From contig OZ193909.1 of NCBI GenBank assembly GCA_964276515.1, forward strand, positions 17,236,001 through 17,300,000: 64,000 bases of DNA. Reading direction: 5' to 3'. The position numbers and the translations under genes are program-made. Below the pieces are notes generated by a model, which saw only the letters and a program-made list of their open reading frames with translations, searched no databases and had not been told where the DNA came from. The number at the start of each line of letters is the position of its first letter. The stretch's first letter is position 1. Source of the stretch: Gordius albopunctatus (taxonomy: Eukaryota). This document shows, piece by piece, positions 1 through 10,019 of this stretch.

Positions 1-1609
1 ATAAAATAAATGATACATACAAAAGAATATCTAGTAGAAGTACAATCAATTATATCTATTTTTATATAAATATTTCCTTTAAAAATTTAACTCTTGACAA
101 TTTTGAATAATCTTAAATATTCTCTTTTAAAAATTGAATTTTTTTCCTTTCTCTTGCAAACTTTGTTTTGGCCATAAAAATCATTTTTTTCCATGCGCAA
201 TAATGAACAAAGCCTAAAATTAATATTATTATTAATCATTTATACAAATTTTGCCTCTAGTCTAATTTCAACCATCATTTACAATTTTTTGATTTGTTTT
301 GGCTATATTTTTATATTAATTTTACTTATCTTCACCCGAAATAGTTCTTATTTATCAATGTTTGACATACAACAATGTGAAAAGTAATTGTAGAGATATT
401 ATTCGAATTAAAATTTAAAAGCAGACGATTTACTCACGTGATTAAATGAGCGCGATTGGGTGATTGCAGATAGTGCAAACCAATTCTGAAAAATATTAAC
501 ATTCGTGATTTTAGCCAAATAAGAGCCTTAATAGCGAAGTCAAAAAAAAAGTTTATGATAGAATATATAAAAATATACCAAATAGCACTTTTACTTTAAA
601 ATTTTCAAAAATTGCAGATAGAGAACTCAATTCTCAGGTAGCGATTTGTTGATACCATTGAATTTTGAAAATAAAGCAAAAAAGTGTAGCCAACTTTGCA
701 CCTTCTAGTTTTGCTTTTTCACAAACTGCTTAACCAGCTTGAACGGCGACCGCTTAGTAGTGACCATCGCAGTCACTAGTTTTATACTGACAAACTTTCT
801 GGTCACCATTGACTTGTGGATACCGATGCCTTCATTAGCGTATTTCTTTAAAAAAAATGAAAGCCCTTTACCTGGACTATTTCAATAACAAACTAACAAT
901 AGTTACATTAAAACTTAAGGCCAAATTTATTTTTCATCGAATTTTAACCTATGGAAAACCTTAAGGTGAGATTCTAAAATCGTAACCCTTAGATTCACTC
1001 ATTTTTAAGACAGATTTTATTATTTTTTTTAATTTTCCGGTAGATCTAAGATCACCTTTGTCTCCCGAAAAAGGTGTCAAGTGGTATGCCCACATCAACG
1101 ATATCTTTGAAAACTGGTGTTTTTACAGTACACAAATAGACGTATAACCAATTCCCTTAAGTAATAAAGTCCTTCAATTACAGAACTTAGGTTCATGGAA
1201 CAGTCCATCATATCTACACTAAAGGTACTTCGAGCTATAAAAGAAAATTAAAAATTAGCATTCGCAAATTAGCTGGGCCTCACCATTGCACATTGCTCGA
1301 ACGAAAATAGGGCGACTTGTATTGACACCTTAGACTAGATAGACTGCTCATCGAAGTGGCATTCATTTGAAAATTGTGTACCCAATACTCCGCCATTTAA
1401 ATAAGTGAAAATTTGGCAAAGACATAGGTAACTTATATGTTTTGTGTATATATTTGATTATTTATTTACATCCCTATATCATATTATATGAATTTAAACT
1501 TGCTTATTAATTAATTAAGTGCTTACAAATACCATTAAGTCTAATTGTGACATCATGATGCTAGGTGTTCAATTATTTTAAATATAATAGGAATAACTCA
1601 AATAATATT

Positions 1610-2730
1610 ATGGCTTATTGTGCAGCTTATGGATCCAACAACTCAAAACCTAAAAATAAGGAGCTTTCCTTCCACAAGTAAATTTAAAAATATATCAATC
1701 CATCATACATTTTAATATATATTTAACCTTTTTTATATATTCTCATGTTATTTTTTATATATTTCTTTGCTCATCAACTAACCAATTAGGTTTCCCCTAA
1801 AGAACAAACCACTTCTTAAGAATTGGCTTCATAATGCCAAAAGAGATTTTATTCCAGCCAAAAACTCCCTACTGTACAGTGCTCATTTTACTCCTGATTC
1901 ATTTTATGCCACCCCCAATAAATATAAGCAACTTAGAGAAGGTTCAATGCCTACAATTTTTAATTTACCAGAGCATCTTCAAAAATTATTATTAAATCAA
2001 TTATAAATTATACAATCTTAGAAACCTTCACCTACAAGGAGGACTAACAATTCTTTAGTCAATCCACTTAGAGATTTCACAAATCAATTATCCACAAAAA
2101 GAAAAGAACTCTCAAAACTGCCCTTAAACAACCTTGACAAGGACAATACTTTTCTTAGGAAAAAGGCAATGACTACTAGCGAGTTAGCTGCTGAAAATCT
2201 AAAATTGAAAAGCACTATTAAACGACTAAGAATCTCCAATAAGATGTTTAGAAATAGGATTTTAAAGCTCAAGGATCTTATATCAGAATTAAAGAAAAGC
2301 AATTTTTTCAATAGAGATGAGGACAAGATAATTTCAAATTATTTTGAAAATGACTCCCTATTACTCGTGGATACTCATATGAAGGCTAGAGGCATTAACA
2401 ATCCCAAGAATGTCCAATTTACCCAACCACTCAAACAATTAGCCCTAACATGGAACTATTATTCAGCTAGTGCATACAGGCACCTTAGGAATATTATTTG
2501 CCTCCCTTCAGAATCATCATTAAGGTAGGTGGAGCATTTGTCTCGATGTTAATCTTGGTAAATTCTTCAATAATGAGTTGTTAATATTTTTAGGGTTCAT
2601 AAAATGTTCCATTGAGAAAATCAAAGATCTAATTTTGAAATCCAAATCACCCGTATACGTAGCACTATCTATGGATTAAATGGCTATTTGAAAGAATATT
2701 CATTGGGATGGCAACCAATATCATGGGAAT
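1610..2730 (+). pseudogene. Decayed intron-containing THAP-domain P-element-type (THAP9-like) transposase
   Basis: Exon 1610-1677 (MAYCAAYGSNNSKPKNKELSFH) spliced to the exon at 1790 (FPLKNKPLLKNWL...LLYSAHF...GSMPTIF) gives a THAP domain with two Cys ligands lost (C>S, C>Y). Downstream, LALTWNYYSASAYRHLRNIICLPSESSLR and VALSMD*MAI*KNIHWDG match P-transposase motifs but carry stops. The 3' part is missing. Confidence 0.85.
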
Positions 2731-3045
2731 TTTTTTGGTAGAATTATTCTATGCTTAATAAAATTGGCACCTCTCTTTTTGATGATTTGTCTCAACATAT
2801 ATTGGAGCAAGATATTGTCATCCCATTTTTATATATTAATTTAACTTATTACATGTAAATACCTAAAAATTTGGATTAATTTTATGGTGAAGTAATAAAA
2901 TTATTAAAAACTTGGCTTAATGCCACAGCAATTAAACTTTAAAATTAAAAATTCATAGGGGAATAATATATTTTACTATGTGATTATTTACAATCTTCTA
3001 TTAATTAGGTTATATTTTTTAAATGAAAAAATATATGAATGTCCA

Positions 3046-3490
3046 TTATAATATTAGAAATTATTAACTGAATTGCGGGTTTATGATATAATTCAGAAGA
3101 TAATAATAATCTCTTTCAGGAGTGCCTGCAATTAAAAGAATACTCTAATTAGCGCCATCTATAGGCAATTTTAATTAGAGACTAATTTGAACTATGTATA
3201 TCCTTATCTTTTTTAGTATGTGACTCGAAAATGATAACAGATATATAACGTTTTCGCTCTTATTTAGAGCTCATCAGTATGCCATAGTTAATTTTCTAGT
3301 CACATACTAAGCGAGATAGGTATATATAATGCACAAATTAGATTTAATCCATTCTTATGGTAGTTATGAAATAACCCCCATAATTATGGTAGTAATAATT
3401 ATTTTGTTTTATTATATTAGAAATAAAGGGGTTATTATTATCTACTGAATTATATCATAAACCCGCAATTTAGTTACTAATTTCTAATAT
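3046..3490. repeat. Foldback/inverted-repeat patch that received the RTE insertion; it resumes at 6581-6660
   Basis: 3050-3112 is the reverse complement of 3431-3490 and of 6614-6658. An inner inverted pair tagtatgtgactcgaaaat / attttctagtcacatacta lies at about 3213-3231 / 3291-3309. Confidence 0.7.
3240..3283 (-). ncRNA. Minimal type I hammerhead ribozyme-like motif
   Basis: The minus strand reads GGCAUA-CUGAUGA-GCUCU-AAAUA-AGAGC-GAA-AACGUU-A-UAUAUC. It has the core CUGANGA/GAAA, a perfect 5-bp stem II, a palindromic stem III, and stem I with 5 of 6 pairs. Confidence 0.6.
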
Positions 3491-6400
3491 CTTCTTCTTC
3501 TTTATCGTGTTGAAAATCCCACAGACGTGGGGTACGTTTTCAGCAGCCTCTTCCATCTGAGTCGTGTGAATGCCATGCCAATTTCCATCTGTTTGACGTC
3601 CATCTCCTTTTCGACCAGTCGTTTCCAGGTGGCACGTGGTCTGCCCCTTCCTCTTTTTCCAGGCACGTCCATCTCCAGCGTTCGGCGTGTGACATCGTCT
3701 TCGTCTCTTCGTAATACATGGCCGTACCACCGCAGTCGATTTTCTCTTAAGAAGTCCTTTGTCGCTTGTATACCTATCTTTGTCATCAAGGATTCGTTCG
3801 TCATGCGATCCAGCTTGGTGTAGCCTAAGCTCCATCGCACCATTCTCATTTCCGTGACTTGCAAGAGTTTCTCCTCCGCGGTGGTTACAGCCCATGTTTC
3901 GCTCCCGTAAAGCAAGACCGGTCGCACGATGGTTTTGTACGCCTTGCTTTTCAACCAAATTGGTATCTTTTTGTCACACATGACACCGGAGATGCTGCCC
4001 CACTTGAGCCATGCTTTCTTGATCCGAGAATGGACTTCGGCGGTGCATCCTCCCTCTTGGTGTAATAGCGAGCCAAGATATGTGAAATTATCAACCTCCG
4101 TGTACCTTGGACCATCAATTTTGAGCATTTGCGGACTACCGCCCATCGTTTGCATGTAAATCGTTTTCTTCTCGCTGACCTTTAACCCGAATTCCGAGAA
4201 AAGTTCTGACCATTTTTTCGCCTGATGAAAAACCCCTTCTCTTGTTTCATCGCATAGGACAATATCGTCGACATATAGCATAGTCCAAGGGGCTGGCTTG
4301 TGCAAGTCCTTTGTTATTGTATCCATAATTAGATTAAACAAGAATGGGCTTAACGCTGGTCCTTGATGTAGTCCGATTATTATTCGGAAGGGTTTCGTTA
4401 CTCCTACGGTAGTCCTAACAGATGTAAACGCGCCATTATACATTTCCTTGATAAGTCGAACATATCCTTCGGGTATATTTCTGGCTCTAAGGGACCACCA
4501 TATTAAGTCTATCGGAACCGTATCGTAGGCCTTTTCTAAATCGATGAATACCATGTGTAATTTCTTTCTTATGTCGCCATATTTTTCCATCGTCTGCTTC
4601 AACGCAAAGATTGGGTCCATCGTTGATTTACCGGCCACAAATCCAAACTGATTGGGCGAGAGACAAACTTCGTCATTGAGCCTTTTCACTAGCATCCTTT
4701 CTAGTAGTTTTAGTGAGTGGCAGGTCAACTTGATACCTCTAAAGTTGCCATATTCCTGCGCGTCTCCTTTGCCTTTGTATATGGGTATGATCGTACTTTC
4801 CCTCCATTGGTCAGGGATACGACTCTCATACAACATAGCGTTAAATAGGCCTGTCATTATATCGATTCCTTCTCCTTTGCACCCAAGCCAAGCTTCGATC
4901 GGTAGATCATCGGGACCTAGCGCTTTCCCTTTCCGCATCTTCGTTAGTTGCGCTCTTATTTCATAAGCCTGAAATGGTAAAACCAAGTTCGAGTTCGGTT
5001 CCACCCTCTCTAGCGGTCTTCTATCATTCTTTTTGTTCATCATATTTTGGAAATAATCTTTCCATCTTTTGATGACTTCCTTCGGTTTGCACAACGTTCG
5101 TCCCTCTTCGCTTTTAATGACTTTTAGTGTCCCGACATCTCGACTTTTTTTCTCCCCGATCTTTGCGAGTTTATACATGACTAAGTCGCCGCCCTTGGTA
5201 TCGAGCTTGTTTGCCATCTCGGTGTAAGCCTCGTTCTTCGCTAACGCGACCGCTATCTTAGCTTTGCGTTTCGCTTCACGATATGCCTCGTAGTCTTCTC
5301 CTTTCTTCGTTTTGTACCATCGTAGGTACAACGCCTTCTTTTTTCCTATAACCTCTTTGACTGAGTCATTCCACCACCATAGTTCACGCTTGTGAGCTCT
5401 GCCGCCCTTAGTTCGTCCCAATATTTGAAAGGCCGTTTCCTTTAGAACATTTGCAACGGTGCCCCACCTTTTGTTAATGTCGCCCTCCAAGCCTGCAACC
5501 TTCAAGAGCTGAGTTGCTCGAGCGTGAAACATTTCATTTGCATGATCATCCTTAAGCTTTTCGTACTTTGTCCTTGGTGTGTAGACTTTTCTCCTTACAG
5601 GAAAAATCTTTCTTGCTATATCGAGGACAACTGGCCGATGTTGTTTGGCGATTTCTTCCCCCGGTATAACCTTGCAATCTTTAACTTGCCACAAATTTTT
5701 ACGCTTCACTAATATGTAGTCGACCTGTGTAAGGTGATTTCCACTACTGTACGTCGCTAAATGTTCGGTACGCTTCTGAAAGAAGGTATTCACAATGGCC
5801 ATATCGTAAGCTTGCGCCATCTGTAGTAACTTCTCTCCCTCTTTATTTTTCACTCCATAGCCATGCCCGCCGTGATTTCGTTCGTACACGCCCCTTTCTT
5901 TCCCAACGTGCCCATTAAAGTCTGCTCCGATGATGAGATTCTCATCAGGCTTCACGTAGCGTATTTCTTCTTCAAGCTTCTCATAGAATTCGTCCTTCTC
6001 GTTTTCGGAACATCCAACCTGGGGCGAATACGCACAAATAACATTGACAAGGCCGCCTTGATCCGCCAGCTTTATGCACATCAGTCTATCTGAGCATCGT
6101 TTGACTTCGACTACCTTGTCCTTAAAGGAATCGCTGAGCACTATACCGACCCCGTTCTTCCGTGATGGGGAACCCGAGTAGTATAGCTTGTAACCATCTC
6201 CTAGCTCCCTGGCTTTTGTTCCATGCCACCGCGTTTCTTGTAGACACGCTATGTGTATCCTTCGCCTTTTTAGCATCTGCGCAACCTCGATGCTCTTCCC
6301 CGTCAGCGTGCCCACATTCCAGCTAGCCACTCTTGTCCGTTCGACAACTAGGTTTCTTAACCGCCTTCGTTGTGAGTGAGGCGGTGACCCTTGTATACTT

Positions 6401-6581
6401 TTCACATTGCACGGGCGGATGATGCAATGCGCGTCGTTTGGGGAGGACGCCCTAGCATTCTGGTATAAGTTCGTATTTGAAGCTACCATGGTGTTTGGAG
6501 TTGCTTTTTACAGCCGGCTTCCGACCTGACGCCAACCCTCCACTTTTTTCACACGGACTTGGGACCGTCGTTGGTAGTGTT
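3491..6581 (-). mobile_element. Full-length RTE-clade non-LTR retrotransposon (family A)
   Basis: Single APE+RT ORF, (GAA)n 3' tail at 3491-3500, short 5' UTR. TSD ttactaatttctaatat (3474-3490) / ttactaatttcttatat (6581-6597), one mismatch. Confidence 0.95.
3502..6489 (-). CDS. RTE ORF: AP-endonuclease plus reverse transcriptase, 995 aa
   Basis: APE motifs SWNVGTL, ACLQETRW and GADFNGHVG; RT motifs FIDLEKAYD, QGPALSP and YVDD; C-terminal RLRWYGHV and RGRGRP. Confidence 0.93.
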   Translation of the reverse strand: MVASNTNLYQNARASSPNDAHCIIRPCNVKSIQGSPPHSQRRRLRNLVVERTRVASWNVGTLTGKSIEVAQMLKRRRIHIACLQETRWHGTKARELGDGYKLYYSGSPSRKNGVGIVLSDSFKDKVVEVKRCSDRLMCIKLADQGGLVNVICAYSPQVGCSENEKDEFYEKLEEEIRYVKPDENLIIGADFNGHVGKERGVYERNHGGHGYGVKNKEGEKLLQMAQAYDMAIVNTFFQKRTEHLATYSSGNHLTQVDYILVKRKNLWQVKDCKVIPGEEIAKQHRPVVLDIARKIFPVRRKVYTPRTKYEKLKDDHANEMFHARATQLLKVAGLEGDINKRWGTVANVLKETAFQILGRTKGGRAHKRELWWWNDSVKEVIGKKKALYLRWYKTKKGEDYEAYREAKRKAKIAVALAKNEAYTEMANKLDTKGGDLVMYKLAKIGEKKSRDVGTLKVIKSEEGRTLCKPKEVIKRWKDYFQNMMNKKNDRRPLERVEPNSNLVLPFQAYEIRAQLTKMRKGKALGPDDLPIEAWLGCKGEGIDIMTGLFNAMLYESRIPDQWRESTIIPIYKGKGDAQEYGNFRGIKLTCHSLKLLERMLVKRLNDEVCLSPNQFGFVAGKSTMDPIFALKQTMEKYGDIRKKLHMVFIDLEKAYDTVPIDLIWWSLRARNIPEGYVRLIKEMYNGAFTSVRTTVGVTKPFRIIIGLHQGPALSPFLFNLIMDTITKDLHKPAPWTMLYVDDIVLCDETREGVFHQAKKWSELFSEFGLKVSEKKTIYMQTMGGSPQMLKIDGPRYTEVDNFTYLGSLLHQEGGCTAEVHSRIKKAWLKWGSISGVMCDKKIPIWLKSKAYKTIVRPVLLYGSETWAVTTAEEKLLQVTEMRMVRWSLGYTKLDRMTNESLMTKIGIQATKDFLRENRLRWYGHVLRRDEDDVTRRTLEMDVPGKRGRGRPRATWKRLVEKEMDVKQMEIGMAFTRLRWKRLLKTYPTSVGFSTR

Positions 6582-6587
6582 TACTAA
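6531..6587 (-). ncRNA. Twister ribozyme (P1-type) at the RTE 5' end
   Basis: The minus strand reads UUAG-UAAA-CACU-AC-CAACG-ACGG-UCCCAA-GU-CCGU-GUGAAAAA-AGUG-GAGGG-UUGG. P2 is CACU/AGUG, P4 is ACGG/CCGU, and the pseudoknots are AC/GU and CCC/GGG. Confidence 0.85.
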
Positions 6588-6754
6588 TTTCTTATATAAT
6601 AAAACAAAATAAGTTATTATTATCTTCTGAATTATATCATAAACCCGCAATTTAGTTACACTTTTTGCTAAATTCCAATCATATATTTTCAAACATAGCA
6701 AATGCGAAACTACGGAATATTTGTATGCATTTAGTTAGTAACACATCTAAAAAT

Positions 6755-7610
6755 ATGATTTGCCCTCGCCGGGATTCGAACCCACATTCATACAATTATG
6801 AGGCATAGGATTTTGTAGGGGGTGGGCACAGGGACCCTTATCAGTAGAGGCAAGGACTCTTCTAGGGGAGGGTATAAGGTAATTATCAATGTCAACCTAA
6901 TATTTTAATTCAAAAACAAAACAAAAAAATTTATGATCACAATTTGGCCAATGGTCATTTTTTTTATAGTTCAGCACGAAGAGACGGTCTATAAATAAAT
7001 ACGAGTCAAAAAAAATTAAAAAAATTTTGAATCACATTTTGGCCAATGGTCATTTTTTTCAATTGGTCAGTACCCAGAGACGGTCTATAAATACATACGA
7101 GTCAAAAAAAACGAAAAAAAATTTCGATTTACATTTTGGCCAATGCTCATTTTTATCATTGGTCAGTAGCCAGAGCACGGTCAAAAATTCATATTATCAA
7201 TGGTATTAACAAGAACAAAATATTAATTTAATTAAAAAAAATAAAAATTTTGCCCTCTCCGGGATTCGAACCAACATCAGTAGAGGCATAGGCTTTTGTA
7301 GGGGCACAGGGACCTATATCAGTAGAGGCATAGGCCCTTGTAGAGGAGGGCATAGGTTAATTATCAATGTTATTACCCAATTCAAAAACGGAAAAAAAAA
7401 ATTTGATTTATTTGGCCAATGGTCATTTTTTCATTGGTCAGCAGCCAGCGGAAGGTCCAAAAGTCATATTATCAATGGTATTAACAAGAACCAAATATAA
7501 ATTTAATTAAAAAAAAATTGTCATCTCCCGGGATTGAATACGAACCTCCAGGTCGGGAAGCTGGTGAAAATACATTGGAGGGTAACGGACAACGGACGGA
7601 CAACAAAAAA
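6755..7610. repeat. Imperfect tandem repeat array with tRNA-like B-box heads, probably an internal part of a non-autonomous TE
   Basis: tgccctc..cgggattcgaacc occurs at about 6761 and 7251, with a degenerate copy at about 7520. The module tttggccaatggtcattttt recurs. A GGAC-type microsatellite lies near 7585-7602. Confidence 0.6.
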
Positions 7611-7804
7611 CGAGCCCATAAATTGCATAGCAATTAATAATCCAATATATTTACGATTTGGGCCCATAAGCACTAATGGACATAATAAATATCACATTAA
7701 CCAACTAGATGCAAAATCGTAAAATTAAATTTCAAAAATAGCAAATATACAATAACATATATATTTTATATAGTTTTTAAATATAATGCATGTTCAAAAG
7801 TTCC

Positions 7805-8215
7805 TGTATAGCAAATAAATAAACATATGTGTGTTATTAAGTAATACATATAGATGCGTTTAATAAATTAAAATTTTATAAAGTTTTTTAATCACTAATA
7901 GGATAAAAATGTCTTCAGCCATACTAAAACCTATATAAAAAAGGATTAAATATAAATTTGTTATTAAGCGATACATATAAACCCATTTTATAAATTTTGA
8001 TTGTATAAAGTTCTATATTTGCTATAATATACAATGTCTTCCGCCATGCTAGGATAAATAGTATAGCAAATAAGTAAACATAAGTTTGTTATTGGGCAAT
8101 ACATTTAAGCAAGCATATAATAATTAAAACCTGTATAAGATAAATGTGGATACATTTGTTGATTATTGGGCAATATTATTATAAGCATTTATTTAATAAA
8201 TTAAAACTTTACACT
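7805..8215. repeat. Diverged AT-rich tandem repeat of about 130 bp, 3-4 units
   Basis: Recurrent aaacata..tttgttatt..gcaatacat, and aatgtctt(c/a)gccat motifs. Confidence 0.5.
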
Positions 8216-8739
8216 GCATAAATAAATTTGCATTATTATGGTTAGGACAATAAATATAAGTAACATATATTATGGGAAAATTTATAGCATAAAGGATAAA
8301 TTAGTTTGATATAAGACAGTATATATGAGGAAACATGGTACAGTAATGAATGCTTTAATAATACAACTATACTAGACATTTATGTGTATAAAATACAATT
8401 TTGAGTTGCCTATGAGAATTCTTAATACCTATTTTTATTACCCTACAATTATTTTTTATATTAGAAGAAAAATTTAAATTTTCTTTTACAAATATACTTA
8501 TAAGCTTCTGATTATGTATATGTGATTTATGAAAAATCCATCTTTCTCAATCTTATAAATTTTTACTTTCTCATCTGTCTTGGTAAGAGTTAACTACTTG
8601 AGAAATATAAACGGTAATTACTATGGATATTTTAATCTCTAGTTGAAAACAAGTAGGTAACCCTATTTTTATCGATATTTTTTAGAGCTATTGAGTCACT
8701 CATGGCAAGACCTTCATTTTATTAATTTATATTTAAACA

Positions 8740-9195
8740 TCAAAACAAATATGTACTTACATTCATTGCTTAAATAAACTCCAACTTACTCAAATAAATT
8801 CCAACTTAAACATATATTAGTATATTCAAAATATTTATTAATATGAGTAAACTGAGACAATACTGTCATTGGCTTTGTTAATATATATATTCTTTTCCTA
8901 TCTTTCTTGGTTTCAAATACCTAAGAGATATAAACATGCTAGGTAAATAGATTATTATGCAGATTGCACTTTCAAGTCATGATCCCATCATTACTGTTTT
9001 ATTTTAACCATTGAAACAAATACTTACATTCATTGCTCAATTAAATTCCAACTCCAAAGTGTATTCAAAATGTTTATTTAATATGAGTAAACTGAGATAA
9101 TAATGTCATTAGCAGTTTTAATATATATATTATTACTTTCCCATCTTTCTTGGTGTTAACTACCTAAGAGATATAAACATGCAAGGTAACAAACC
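8740..9195. repeat. Tandem duplication of about 250 bp
   Basis: tacttacattcattgct...aatatgagtaaactgaga...cctaagagatataaacatgc occurs at about 8753-8945 and again at about 9021-9190. Confidence 0.75.
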
Positions 9196-9341
9196 ATTAT
9201 TCCAGCATCACTGTTTTTTGAATTAGATTGATACTTGGCAGATAACTAGACTGCATAAAGCATTATGATAATATAACAGAGGATTTTAAATGTCATGCAA
9301 AGTAAGGTTCATTGAATAATGTAGGAATTGATTATTTTACG

Positions 9342-9682
9342 ATTTATACTCAATGCACAAAAATTGTAATTTAAACATTATTAGATAAGTATATCTCTAA
9401 CCCTATAAAGTATTGTAAATGCATATTAACTTATAAAGCATTTAATCTAACCTATGAAAGAAAATAATAAAAAATTTGAACTTCATATATTATATGCTTA
9501 ATATAAAAGAAAATATATATGCAGCAATAAAAAAGATAATCTTCATATATTATATGCTTAATATATGTTTTTGCAACCTTTTAAAGCGTTTTTAACATGA
9601 TTAAATATAAAATTAATTAGATATAAGCATTCTTTGCAAATTTTAGATTACTTGGGCATTAGATCACTTGAGCAAATACGTT
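9342..9682. mobile_element. Truncated copy of the MITE found at about 40130-40535
   Basis: Near-identical to 40166-40535 (aatgcacaaaaattgtaattt...cacttgagcaaatacgt). Confidence 0.75.
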
Positions 9683-10019
9683 ATTTTACATTAATATATT
9701 GCCTATGCGACATAAGAAATAATTTATATTACAGCGTTTACCTCAACTTTTGCACTTCGTATGGATCTCCTGCTGACTAGTAGGAGAGAAAAGGGGTAAT
9801 CAATCATAGCGTCTAACATGTATCGCTCATTCCTTCTCTCCCCTTCGCATGTAACACACTCCTTCCCCAACCTTACATGTTATTTTGCAACTCATACATC
9901 ATATTTCGCACTTTTTTTTTATAAAATGGTCGTTTTTTGTATAAATTAGTGATTTTTTTTTCAAATTTTATTTAGTATAGTTTAAATTAATTAAACTTAA
10001 ATTTTTTTAATGTTTTTTT

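Noticed and set aside
433..490. Possible minus-strand micro-exon (ttttcag ... gtgagt)
   Set aside because: No neighbouring exons or recognisable peptide can be linked to it in this window.
3470..6093. Overlapping alternative-frame and antisense ORFs within the RTE (also in the other RTEs and the GPCR exon)
   Set aside because: Shadow ORFs of real coding sequence, with no independent motifs.
6761..6790. tRNA gene suggested by GGTTCGAATCCC on the minus strand (also about 7251)
   Set aside because: Only a T-arm/B-box is present; there is no D-arm, anticodon arm or matching acceptor strand.
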